From an uncultured Clostridia bacterium (GTDB taxonomy: Bacteria; Bacillota; Clostridia; Lachnospirales; Anaerotignaceae): a stretch of DNA of 62,855 nt. Of the stretch, positions 29,545-37,827 are shown piece after piece. The stretch is from positions 1-62,855 of the forward strand of contig CALWHR010000161.1 in NCBI GenBank assembly GCA_944380455.1, given 5' to 3'. The first letter of the stretch is position 1. The number at the start of each line of letters is the position of its first letter. The notes beneath the pieces are model-generated. The model had not been told where the DNA came from. It saw only the letters and a program-made list of their open reading frames with translations, and did no database searches. The translations under genes were made by a program, and so were the position numbers.

Positions 29545-30204
29545 ATGAAAATTGAACTTGCCATATTCGATATGGACGGACTTATATTCGATTCAGAAAG
29601 AGCTTTTGAAAGTGAGCTGAAAGAAGTAATGCTCTCTTACGGCTACAGCCTTACATGGGATATTTATAAAAGCACCATAGGCCTTACAGGTCAAAGGCTG
29701 AAAGAAAAAATGCTGTTAAACTACGGCAGTAATTATCCCTTTGAGGAAGTAAGCAAAAAAGCAAGACAAAGAGTGAATTCTTTATCACAGTCAGGCAAAA
29801 TAGATATTAAAAAAGGCATACCGGAGCTTTTGAAATTTTTTAATGACGAAGGTATTAAATGTGCTGTTGCTTCATCTACCAAAAGTGAGTATGTTGATTT
29901 ATATTTAAAGTCAGCAGGGCTAAGAAAGTATTTTAACTCAATAACAGGCGGAGAAGAAACAGAGCGCTCAAAGCCTGAGCCGGATATATTTCTGACGGCG
30001 TGTAAAAAAGAAAACACTGCTCCGGAAAATACAGTTGTTTTTGAGGATTCGCCAAATGGTGTTACAGCTGCATTAAGGGCAGGTATGAATGTAATCTGCA
30101 TACCGGATTTGGTTTGTCCGCCTAAAGAGCTTCTTAAAAATACTTTGTTTGTGGCAAAAGATGCTTTTGAGGCTATGGAGTTTATAAAAAATGTTTTGGA
30201 ATAA
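29545..30204 (+). CDS. HAD-family phosphatase
   Basis: FDMDG, VASS, KPEPDIF, VFEDSPNG. Confidence 0.9.
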   Translation: MKIELAIFDMDGLIFDSERAFESELKEVMLSYGYSLTWDIYKSTIGLTGQRLKEKMLLNYGSNYPFEEVSKKARQRVNSLSQSGKIDIKKGIPELLKFFNDEGIKCAVASSTKSEYVDLYLKSAGLRKYFNSITGGEETERSKPEPDIFLTACKKENTAPENTVVFEDSPNGVTAALRAGMNVICIPDLVCPPKELLKNTLFVAKDAFEAMEFIKNVLE

Positions 30205-30291
30205 ATGCAATACAGATAATTAATTTATATTGACTGCCCTAAAGGGTGTGTTATATAATTACAAAAATTGTGTACTTTTAAAATTTAGTAT

Positions 30292-30444
30292 TATATGGTG
30301 CCTTTTTTTAGGAAGGATAATAGGGAAACAGGATAAGCCTGTGCGGTCCCGCCGCTGTGTTGACGGAATGTATTTATATTATGTCACTGTTTTAAATGGG
30401 AAGGCGTAAATACGTTGTGATGTCTAAGCCAGAAGACCTGCCAT
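30292..30444 (+). ncRNA. Cobalamin riboswitch
   Basis: AATAGGGAA, GCGGTCCCGCCGCTGT, CACTG..GGGAAGG, AGCCAGAAGACCTGCC; terminator at about 30519-30562; lies upstream of cbiM. Confidence 0.92.
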
Positions 30445-30584
30445 GTAATAAGGAAGCTTATTTGTTGCGGTGTATAACAAATTTGTGTTCAATGGGCTTT
30501 TTTAAAAAGCCTTATTTTGCTGCGCGTATTTGTTGTTGCTTTCAAATACGGGCGGCTTTTTTATTTATCAAAAGGAGGATTTAT

Positions 30585-31334
30585 ATGACAAAGAAAGAAA
30601 AGAAAGTATTTTTATTAACATCAGTTTTGTGCCTGTTTTTTGCTGTTCCACAAAAGGCACAGGCTATGCTCATTATGGAAGGATATCTTCCGCCTAAGGA
30701 CTGCGTTTTGTGGTTTGTATTGTGTATTCCTTTTATTGCTGCGGGATTTATGTCGCTGAAAAAGATAACTGCTGAAAACAAAAAAGCTCTTATTATATTG
30801 GCAATGGCTGGAGCTTTTACATTTGTGCTTTCATCACTTAAAATACCGTCTGTTACAGGCAGCAGTTCACACCCAACAGGAACGGGTTTTGGTGCTGTTA
30901 TATTCGGGCCGTGGGTAATGAGTATTATTGGTGTTATTGTACTTGTTTTTCAGGCACTTCTTTTGGCTCATGGCGGTATTACAACTCTTGGTGCCAATAC
31001 CTTTTCTATGGCTGTGGCAGGTCCTTTTGTGTCTTATGGTGTTTATAAGCTTTGCAGAAAATTAAAAGTCGGAAAGTTTATTTCTGTGGCTTTATCAGCA
31101 GGCTTAGGGGATTTATTTACATACTGTGTAACATCTTTTCAGCTTTCATTGGCTTATCCGTCGCCAAATGGCGGAATAATTATGTCTATGGTTAAGTTTT
31201 TGGCTATATTTGCTGTAACTCAAATACCACTTGCAATTATTGAGGGCATAATAACGGCTTTGGCGTTATCTGCCATTGAAAAAATTTCGGATATAGATTT
31301 TGATAACAAAGGTATTTTAAAAATGGAGGCGTGA
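30585..31334 (+). CDS. cbiM: Cobalt ECF transporter substrate component CbiM (His2 replaced by Leu)
   Basis: Signal peptide, then MLIMEGYLPP, VTGSSSHPTG, LAHGGITTLGAN; ATG 30585 behind AAGGAGG. Confidence 0.9.
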   Translation: MTKKEKKVFLLTSVLCLFFAVPQKAQAMLIMEGYLPPKDCVLWFVLCIPFIAAGFMSLKKITAENKKALIILAMAGAFTFVLSSLKIPSVTGSSSHPTGTGFGAVIFGPWVMSIIGVIVLVFQALLLAHGGITTLGANTFSMAVAGPFVSYGVYKLCRKLKVGKFISVALSAGLGDLFTYCVTSFQLSLAYPSPNGGIIMSMVKFLAIFAVTQIPLAIIEGIITALALSAIEKISDIDFDNKGILKMEA

Positions 31335-31338
31335 AAAT

Positions 31339-31641
31339 ATGAATTTATCTCTTAAAAAAGTTATTGCTTGTTTGTTAGTTTGTGTTGCTATAGCAGTTTT
31401 TCCCATTTTAACAAACCATACATCTGATTTCGGCGGCTCTGACGATGCAGCAAGTGATGAAATTTCTCAAATAATAGGTCATGAATATGAACCTTGGGCA
31501 TCGCCAGTTTTTGAACCGCCGGGCTCTGAAACTGAATCACTTCTTTTTTGCCTTCAGGCAGCTTTAGGTGCCGGGGTATTTGGTTTTGGATTAGGTGTTC
31601 TTTATGAAAAGAATAAAAAATCCAAAAAAGACACTGTTTAA
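31339..31641 (+). CDS. cbiN: Cobalt transporter CbiN
   Basis: FGGSDD, YEPW.SP.FEPPG.E.ESLLF.LQAALGAG. Confidence 0.9.
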   Translation: MNLSLKKVIACLLVCVAIAVFPILTNHTSDFGGSDDAASDEISQIIGHEYEPWASPVFEPPGSETESLLFCLQAALGAGVFGFGLGVLYEKNKKSKKDTV

Positions 31642-31653
31642 GGGTATGTTTAT

Positions 31654-32424
31654 ATGATTAATTCGGTATATATTACAGAATATATAAAAAATGTAAACCC
31701 AAACATAAAAACAGTTTTTGCATTAAGTGTTATATTATCATGCGTAATATTTAAAGAACCTTTAGGCTGTATATTTGCAATGTCTGTTATGTGGGCATTA
31801 ATTATAAAAAACTGCCGTTTAAGCAGGCATTTAATTTGTCATATTGTTCTGTGGCCGGTTTTGTTTATTGCATTTAGTTCTTTTATGGTGGCATTTGATA
31901 TAACCAATTACAAGGGAGAAATATTTTCTTTTAAAATAATAAATAGTTATTTTTTAACTGTAAATGCACAAGGAGCTAAAAAAGCCATAAGGCTGTTTTT
32001 TACATCTGCTGCGTCTTTAAGCTCAATGTATTTTTTATCTTTTACAACGCCTGTAAATGATGTTGTCTATGTGCTTAAAACCATAAAATGCCCTAAAGAA
32101 ATAACAGAGCTTTTTATGCTCATTTACAGGTTTATATTTATTGTGCTTAATATGGCACACAGCATTATTACAGCGCAGAATTGCCGCATGGCACAAAGGA
32201 CATTTAAAACACGCATTAATGCTATGGCACTTATGCTCTCCAGTGTTTTTGTGCTTTCCTATAATAAGTCGCTTTTTATGTATAATGCCATGTTAAGCCG
32301 GTGTTACAGCGGAGATATTAATTTTTTAAATGAAAAGTATGACAATAACAGAAAACATGTGCTCTTTGCTGTAGTTGTTGTTTTAGTTATTGTTTTAATA
32401 AGTGCTTTGGAGCGTGTATTTTAA
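31654..32424 (+). CDS. cbiQ: Cobalt ECF transmembrane component CbiQ
   Basis: FTTP, ELFMLIYRFIF, AQ..R, AMLSRCY. Confidence 0.85.
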   Translation: MINSVYITEYIKNVNPNIKTVFALSVILSCVIFKEPLGCIFAMSVMWALIIKNCRLSRHLICHIVLWPVLFIAFSSFMVAFDITNYKGEIFSFKIINSYFLTVNAQGAKKAIRLFFTSAASLSSMYFLSFTTPVNDVVYVLKTIKCPKEITELFMLIYRFIFIVLNMAHSIITAQNCRMAQRTFKTRINAMALMLSSVFVLSYNKSLFMYNAMLSRCYSGDINFLNEKYDNNRKHVLFAVVVVLVIVLISALERVF

Positions 32425-33251
32425 TGGATTATATTATTAATACCAAGGGTTTAAGCTACAGCTACCATAACGGACAAAAGGCTCTTTTTGATGTTAATAT
32501 AGCCATAAAACCGGGAGAAAAAACAGCTGTTATAGGTTCAAACGGTTCGGGAAAATCCACATTATTTCTGTGTTTAAACGGCATAAACAAGCCACAAAAA
32601 GGAGATGTATTTTTTAAAGGCAATAAAATTGATTATTCATCAAAAGGACTTTTAAATTTAAGGCGGTCTGTGGGAATAGTTTTTCAAAATCCTGATGATA
32701 TGATATTTTCTTCAAGTGTAAGGCAGGACATAGCTTTTGGGCTTTTGAATATGGGTTTTTCAAACAGTCAGGCAGAAGAAAAAATAAAGAGCATTTCAAA
32801 ATTTCTAAATTTGGAAGGCCTTCTTGATAAGCCTGTTCATGAATTAAGCGGAGGAGAGAAAAAAAGAGTTTCTCTTGCCGGTGTTATGGTTATGGAACCG
32901 GAAGTTATTATACTTGATGAGCCGGGAGCATATCTTGATACTTTAAATGCCAAAACAGTTTACAAAATAATAGACAGTTTAAGCCAAAAAGGCAAAACTG
33001 TTATTATATCAAGCCACAACATGGACTTTGTTTTAAACTGGGCCGACAGTGTAATTGTGCTAAAAGAGGGAAAAGTGGTTTTTAACGGCAGAACAGAAGA
33101 TTTGTTTTTAAATAATGAGCTTTTGAACTTTGCTGTCTTAGATGAGCCCCAAATAATAAAAATCTATAATATGCTTATAAATAAAGGTGTTATAGAAGCT
33201 GGTGCTCCTGTGCCTAAAAACATAACAGAGCTTGAAATGCTTATTAAGTAA
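32424..33251 (+). CDS. cbiO: Cobalt ECF ATPase CbiO
   Basis: GSNGSGKST, VFQNPDD, LSGGEKKR, ILDEP. Confidence 0.9.
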   Translation: MDYIINTKGLSYSYHNGQKALFDVNIAIKPGEKTAVIGSNGSGKSTLFLCLNGINKPQKGDVFFKGNKIDYSSKGLLNLRRSVGIVFQNPDDMIFSSSVRQDIAFGLLNMGFSNSQAEEKIKSISKFLNLEGLLDKPVHELSGGEKKRVSLAGVMVMEPEVIILDEPGAYLDTLNAKTVYKIIDSLSQKGKTVIISSHNMDFVLNWADSVIVLKEGKVVFNGRTEDLFLNNELLNFAVLDEPQIIKIYNMLINKGVIEAGAPVPKNITELEMLIK

Positions 33252-33310
33252 TCTTTTAATACAGCCTTTGTAATGGTATACTTTATTTATAACATTTAGG
33301 AGGGCATAAA

Positions 33311-33994
33311 ATGGATTTTTATTTTTCAGGTGATTTGGATAATTTAAAAGATTATATTGATTTTAACAGCATTGATTTAAGCAGTGTGGGCGGTTATGAC
33401 AAAACAGAGTTTAAGTTTTTTAACGGCAAAACGCCGGATACGGATGACTTGATTATATCTGTAGACGGGTATTTTGACCCGGAATATGATATTCTTGGAA
33501 GCAGGTTTTTGTTTGTTGTTGCTCCTGACGAAAAAGAGCTTAAAAAAGCTCTTTCTCAGGCGGAGAAAAAGGAAGCGCAGTTACCGTTTTTCCCTATGGA
33601 CTGGGAAGCAGACGGAAAAGAAAGATATATTTTAAGCTATGTTTTGTGCTTTGATAATTTTAAGGATTGCGCTCAGATGGCAATGGTGCTAATGGACAGC
33701 ATAAAAGGAAATGGATTTTTTAATCTGGATTTAGACGCTTTTAACGATGAGTTCGGTACAAAAAGCGGAAGTTTAAAAATAATAAAAAGCGCCCAAAAAG
33801 AAGAACTTATTAAAGATAATTCTCTTAAAGGCACTTTTACCGTTTTTTACTGCAACAAAGACAAAGACGCTATGGAGCTTATTTATGAGAGCAGGAAAGA
33901 CTTTTCTTTTGAAAACTCACCTTCCAACAGCCATTTTTTACAGCTGTTTTATGTAAATGACGAAACGAATTATAAATGCTTTTACTGGCGTTAA
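33311..33994 (+). CDS. Hypothetical protein
   Basis: AGGAGG RBS, 227-aa ORF, no confident family. Confidence 0.65.
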   Translation: MDFYFSGDLDNLKDYIDFNSIDLSSVGGYDKTEFKFFNGKTPDTDDLIISVDGYFDPEYDILGSRFLFVVAPDEKELKKALSQAEKKEAQLPFFPMDWEADGKERYILSYVLCFDNFKDCAQMAMVLMDSIKGNGFFNLDLDAFNDEFGTKSGSLKIIKSAQKEELIKDNSLKGTFTVFYCNKDKDAMELIYESRKDFSFENSPSNSHFLQLFYVNDETNYKCFYWR

Positions 33995-34560
33995 ACGGTG
34001 ATTAAACCGGCCATACCCAAAATTATTCCTATTACTGCCGAAAGCACAATAACAAGTATAGGGTGTACCTTTTTAATACAGCCTGCTGTTGAAAGGGCAA
34101 ATATGCCTAATGATGCCAAAAGCAGTGGACTTATTTCAAAGCTTTCCTGCCAAAAAGGCGAAAAAACGGTTATAAATACTGATAAAACTGAGGAGAGTAC
34201 AAGGGCACAGGCTGCCGGTCTTAAACCGAACAAAGCACCTTTTACTGCCCAATGATTGCTGAAAGCTTTATAACAGCGGGCAAGTATAAGTATGACTATA
34301 AAAGACGGCGCCACAACTCCGCCTGTAGCGCATACAGCGCCTAAAACACCGGCAGAACGCATGCCTATATATGTGGAAATATTAATGGCAAAAGGGCCGG
34401 GAGTGCTTTCGCTTATGGCAAGAAAGTTAACAAGTTCTTCCATAGTTGTCCAGCCGTGGTTTAAAACCTCGGTTTGTATAAGGGGAAGCATGGCGTATCC
34501 GCCGCCGAATGTAAATGCGCCTATTTTAAAGAAGGTTATAAAAAGTGTAATGTATATCAT
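33991..34560 (-). CDS. Short-chain chromate transporter (CHR) subunit
   Basis: KIGAFTFGGGYAM, SESTPGP, GLRPA. Confidence 0.9.
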   Translation of the reverse strand: MIYITLFITFFKIGAFTFGGGYAMLPLIQTEVLNHGWTTMEELVNFLAISESTPGPFAINISTYIGMRSAGVLGAVCATGGVVAPSFIVILILARCYKAFSNHWAVKGALFGLRPAACALVLSSVLSVFITVFSPFWQESFEISPLLLASLGIFALSTAGCIKKVHPILVIVLSAVIGIILGMAGLITV

Positions 34561-35105
34561 TGTTTTGAGTCCTCCTTTTTTGTAACAGCGGCACGTATTA
34601 TGCCTGCGGCGGCGCAGAAAATAAGCATTAAAATGGCGTTTATTTTAAATACAGCTACACATATAAATGTAAGTATAATAAGAAATACATTAACTGGCGT
34701 TTTTTTAAAGCTTTTATAAACAGACAAAAATGCGTTTATTATAAGCGATAAAACGCCTATTCTTATGCCGTAAAAGGCAAATGATACAATTTTATTTTCT
34801 TTAAAGGCTTCTATAAAGAATGAGAGTATGGCTATTATAGCAAATGACGGAACTACAACTCCAAGGGTGGCGGCTGCGGCGCCTAAGAAGCCATGTTTTT
34901 TGTAGCCTACAAATGTGGCAATATTTACGGCTAAAGAGCCCGGAGTACTTTCGCTTAGTGAAATCATGTCTATAAGCTCGTTATAAGAAATATATTTGTG
35001 TCTGTCAACAACTTCATGCTGTATAAGTGGGAGCATAGCGTAGCCTCCGCCAAATGTAAAAGCACCTATTTTGGCAAATATGATGAAAAGATTTAAGCAG
35101 TCCAG
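34557..35105 (-). CDS. Short-chain chromate transporter (CHR) subunit, probable CTG start
   Basis: Frame extends upstream of ATG 35036 through KIGAFTFGGGYA to CTG 35105, which lies behind AAGGAG. Confidence 0.82.
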   Translation of the reverse strand: MDCLNLFIIFAKIGAFTFGGGYAMLPLIQHEVVDRHKYISYNELIDMISLSESTPGSLAVNIATFVGYKKHGFLGAAAATLGVVVPSFAIIAILSFFIEAFKENKIVSFAFYGIRIGVLSLIINAFLSVYKSFKKTPVNVFLIILTFICVAVFKINAILMLIFCAAAGIIRAAVTKKEDSKQ

Positions 35106-35252
35106 TTTAATCAGCTCCTTAAAAAGTTTAAGCAGGTTTTAGTTTACAGCCATGTTTAAGCATTGTCAAATCAAAATACAGAAAATAAAACAAAAAAGTA
35201 CGAATTTCTTAAAGATTTTCGTACTTTTTATTTGTGTCATTTATATTAATTT

Positions 35253-36428
35253 TTACTCAAGGCAGCCTAAAACTGTGGCAAAGAACTTTGTGCGCTCTTT
35301 AATTGACGGCATGTTTACACATTCGTCAACCGTATGTATGTCTTTAAATTCTGCCGAAAGGGCATCTACAGTAGGTATGCCAAGGGAGCTGAAATATGCT
35401 CCGTCGGTAGCTCCCGGAACATAAAGCTCATTAATTTCCATGCCCAAAAGCTCAGCAGGCTTTTTAAGTGTGTTAAATGCTTTTGTATTCTGAGGTCCTT
35501 TTTCCATAGCAGGAAAAAGTGTATGATATTTTACTTTTACCTTGCAGCCTTCAACTGTAACACTGTTTTCAAGGGATTTAAGATTTGCTTCTACGGCAGC
35601 AAAATCTGAATTATAAGGTATTCCAGCAACACAAAATTCACAGTGAGCGCTTCCGGCTACAATACCGTTTGGTCTTCCGCCTGAAACAGGGGCTACGTTA
35701 TAATAAATGCCTTTTTCGTAATCGTTGAAGTTATAAAACTCAATTATTTTGTGCGCCATTTCAAGTATGGCACTGCGGCCTTCAAGGTAAGCACAGCCGG
35801 CATGAGATTCTTTTCCCTCAATATCCATAGTGCCAAGTATTACTCCGCGGCGGGCAGTTACAAAACCATCTTTGCCGTCTTCTTTTTCGGCACCTTCAAA
35901 AACAAAGGCATATTCTGCATTTTGAGCTTCTTTTGCATATAATTTGCTGCCGGAAGCTGTGCCAATTTCCTCGTCGCAGTTGAATATAAACTCAATTTCC
36001 TTGTTTGGAAGAAGTCCGGCGTCCTGCATAGCTTTTACAGCAAATATTGAAATCATAACACCGCTTTTGCAGTCAGCTATGCCAAGACCGTAAGCCCAGT
36101 CGCCTTCAATATGAAAAGGATGAGATGCTGTAAAGCCTTCACCAAAAACCGTGTCTATATGTCCGTTAAGTATTATTTTGCCGTTTGGGTTTTGTGGTGT
36201 TATTTTTGCTGTTATATGGCGGCCAAGGCCTTTTTCGTGGTGTATTTCAACATCAGCACCCATTGATACAAGTAAGTCTTTTAATAAATTTACTACTTTT
36301 TCGTTGCCTTCTTCGTTTCCTGTGCCGCAGTCTATAGCTGAGAATTTTTTTAAGTATTCCATTTGGGAAGGAAAGTATTTTTCGGCACCTTCTGTAGCAG
36401 CTTTAACTATTTTTTCGTAATCTTTCAT
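35253..36428 (-). CDS. M20-family metallo-amidohydrolase/peptidase
   Basis: GHIDTV, GIADCKSG, DEE.G, FE, HAG, GATDG, HTVDE. Confidence 0.88.
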   Translation of the reverse strand: MKDYEKIVKAATEGAEKYFPSQMEYLKKFSAIDCGTGNEEGNEKVVNLLKDLLVSMGADVEIHHEKGLGRHITAKITPQNPNGKIILNGHIDTVFGEGFTASHPFHIEGDWAYGLGIADCKSGVMISIFAVKAMQDAGLLPNKEIEFIFNCDEEIGTASGSKLYAKEAQNAEYAFVFEGAEKEDGKDGFVTARRGVILGTMDIEGKESHAGCAYLEGRSAILEMAHKIIEFYNFNDYEKGIYYNVAPVSGGRPNGIVAGSAHCEFCVAGIPYNSDFAAVEANLKSLENSVTVEGCKVKVKYHTLFPAMEKGPQNTKAFNTLKKPAELLGMEINELYVPGATDGAYFSSLGIPTVDALSAEFKDIHTVDECVNMPSIKERTKFFATVLGCLE

Positions 36429-37519
36429 TGTACTTCATCTTCTCCCATGTAATAATCCTGGTCTATACAGTCGGTATAAACTTCCGAAACATCTATTTTT
36501 TCGTTTAAAAGGCCGTTGTCATAAAGCCAGTTTATGTTTTCAAGATAGCAGTTAGGGTCCTGTGCAAGGAAAGGAGAGAACTCTTTTTCCATCATAGGCA
36601 AAAGTATATTTATGCTCTCTGTTTCAACTTCCGGGTCAAGAGGGAAGTTGTCCTCGTTTTGGTTTGCAAGAAGAATGTTAAGTGTTCCTTCCGGGTCTGT
36701 TTTCATGTCGTAAAAGCCTTTTGAGCATGCTCTTAAAAAGCTATGGTATTTTTCGTAGTTTTCATCAATACTGTCTTTGCCGGCAACAAAAACAAGTGAG
36801 TAATAGTTTGGCACCCCATATTCAGAAGGAACAAAGTAGCTCATAGGGAAGCCTTCTTTTTCAAGCTGAGGTATCTCGTGGTTTATAAAGCAGCCGAATG
36901 TAGCATCTACATTTCCTGTTGTCATGGCGCTCATAAGGTCAAAGCCTACGTTTATTAGATTTACTTTGTCTATTGAAGAGCCGTCACTTTCCATCATGGC
37001 ATTAATTACTGCCTCGCTGAAAGCCACACCTGTATAGCCAAGTGTTTTGCCTTCAAGGTCTTTAGGGCGGGTTATATTTTTTTCGCTTAAAGAAGCTATA
37101 AGGTCAAGAGGTTCCTGAACTACAGAGCCTATTATTTTAACTGGAACATCTTCGTTAGCTATAGCCATAATTATATCGTCCTGATAATAAAGACCAGCGT
37201 CTGCTTTGCCTGCTGCTGTAAGTGATATGGCATCATTGCTGTTTGAAGGGAAAAGAATATTTACGTTAAGGCCTTCCTCTGCAAAATAGCCTTTTTCTAT
37301 TGCGTCATAAATAAAAGCATGTACAGCATTAGGGTACCAGTCAAGAACAAGGTCAAAGTCCTCAAGCTCTGTATTTTCAGATGTTTCACTTCCTGATGCG
37401 GAAGAAGAGCTTTGAACTGAGCTTCCTGAAACGGCTGATGATGTGCTGCCTGATGAGCAGCCGGCAAGGCATGATACAGTAAGTACTGCTGTAAGTGCCA
37501 TGGTGATAAGTTTTTTCAT
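36425..37519 (-). CDS. NMT1/THI5-family lipoprotein (ThiY-like pyrimidine-binding protein)
   Basis: Lipobox LAGC, LDWYPNAVH, FINHE, YGVPNYY; downstream of a TPP riboswitch. Confidence 0.87.
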   Translation of the reverse strand: MKKLITMALTAVLTVSCLAGCSSGSTSSAVSGSSVQSSSSASGSETSENTELEDFDLVLDWYPNAVHAFIYDAIEKGYFAEEGLNVNILFPSNSNDAISLTAAGKADAGLYYQDDIIMAIANEDVPVKIIGSVVQEPLDLIASLSEKNITRPKDLEGKTLGYTGVAFSEAVINAMMESDGSSIDKVNLINVGFDLMSAMTTGNVDATFGCFINHEIPQLEKEGFPMSYFVPSEYGVPNYYSLVFVAGKDSIDENYEKYHSFLRACSKGFYDMKTDPEGTLNILLANQNEDNFPLDPEVETESINILLPMMEKEFSPFLAQDPNCYLENINWLYDNGLLNEKIDVSEVYTDCIDQDYYMGEDEVQ

Positions 37520-37555
37520 TTTTGAATTTCCTCCTTTTTGTGTTAATCTGCGGAC

Positions 37556-37686
37556 AAAAAAATCCTTCCACTAAGGGAAGGATATAATAATCTTTTTATT
37601 TTGTATGCTTCCCTACGCTGGTATTAACCAACAGGTTCAAAGGGTCAGGTTTTAACCTTCTCAACATAAAGTTCCCCCGCAGATAT
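37556..37686 (-). ncRNA. TPP riboswitch with terminator
   Basis: Minus strand GCGGGGGAAC..TTGAGA...ACCCTTTGAACCTG.TGGTTAATACCAGCGTAGGGAAGC, then ATCCTTCC..GGAAGGAT-T run. Confidence 0.93.
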
Positions 37687-37827
37687 TTAATTTACAGATT
37701 CATTATACAGCAAATACTGGAAATTACAACATAAATTTAATATAAAACGACATGTATTAAAAATTTATTTTAAGTAAAGAACCAGTGCGCTGTAAGTTTT
37801 GTGTCTTATAACGCACTGTTTTTTATT

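Noticed and set aside
30396-30584. N-terminal extension of cbiM in the ORF track
   Set aside because: It overlaps the riboswitch and its terminator; the real RBS and ATG are at 30585
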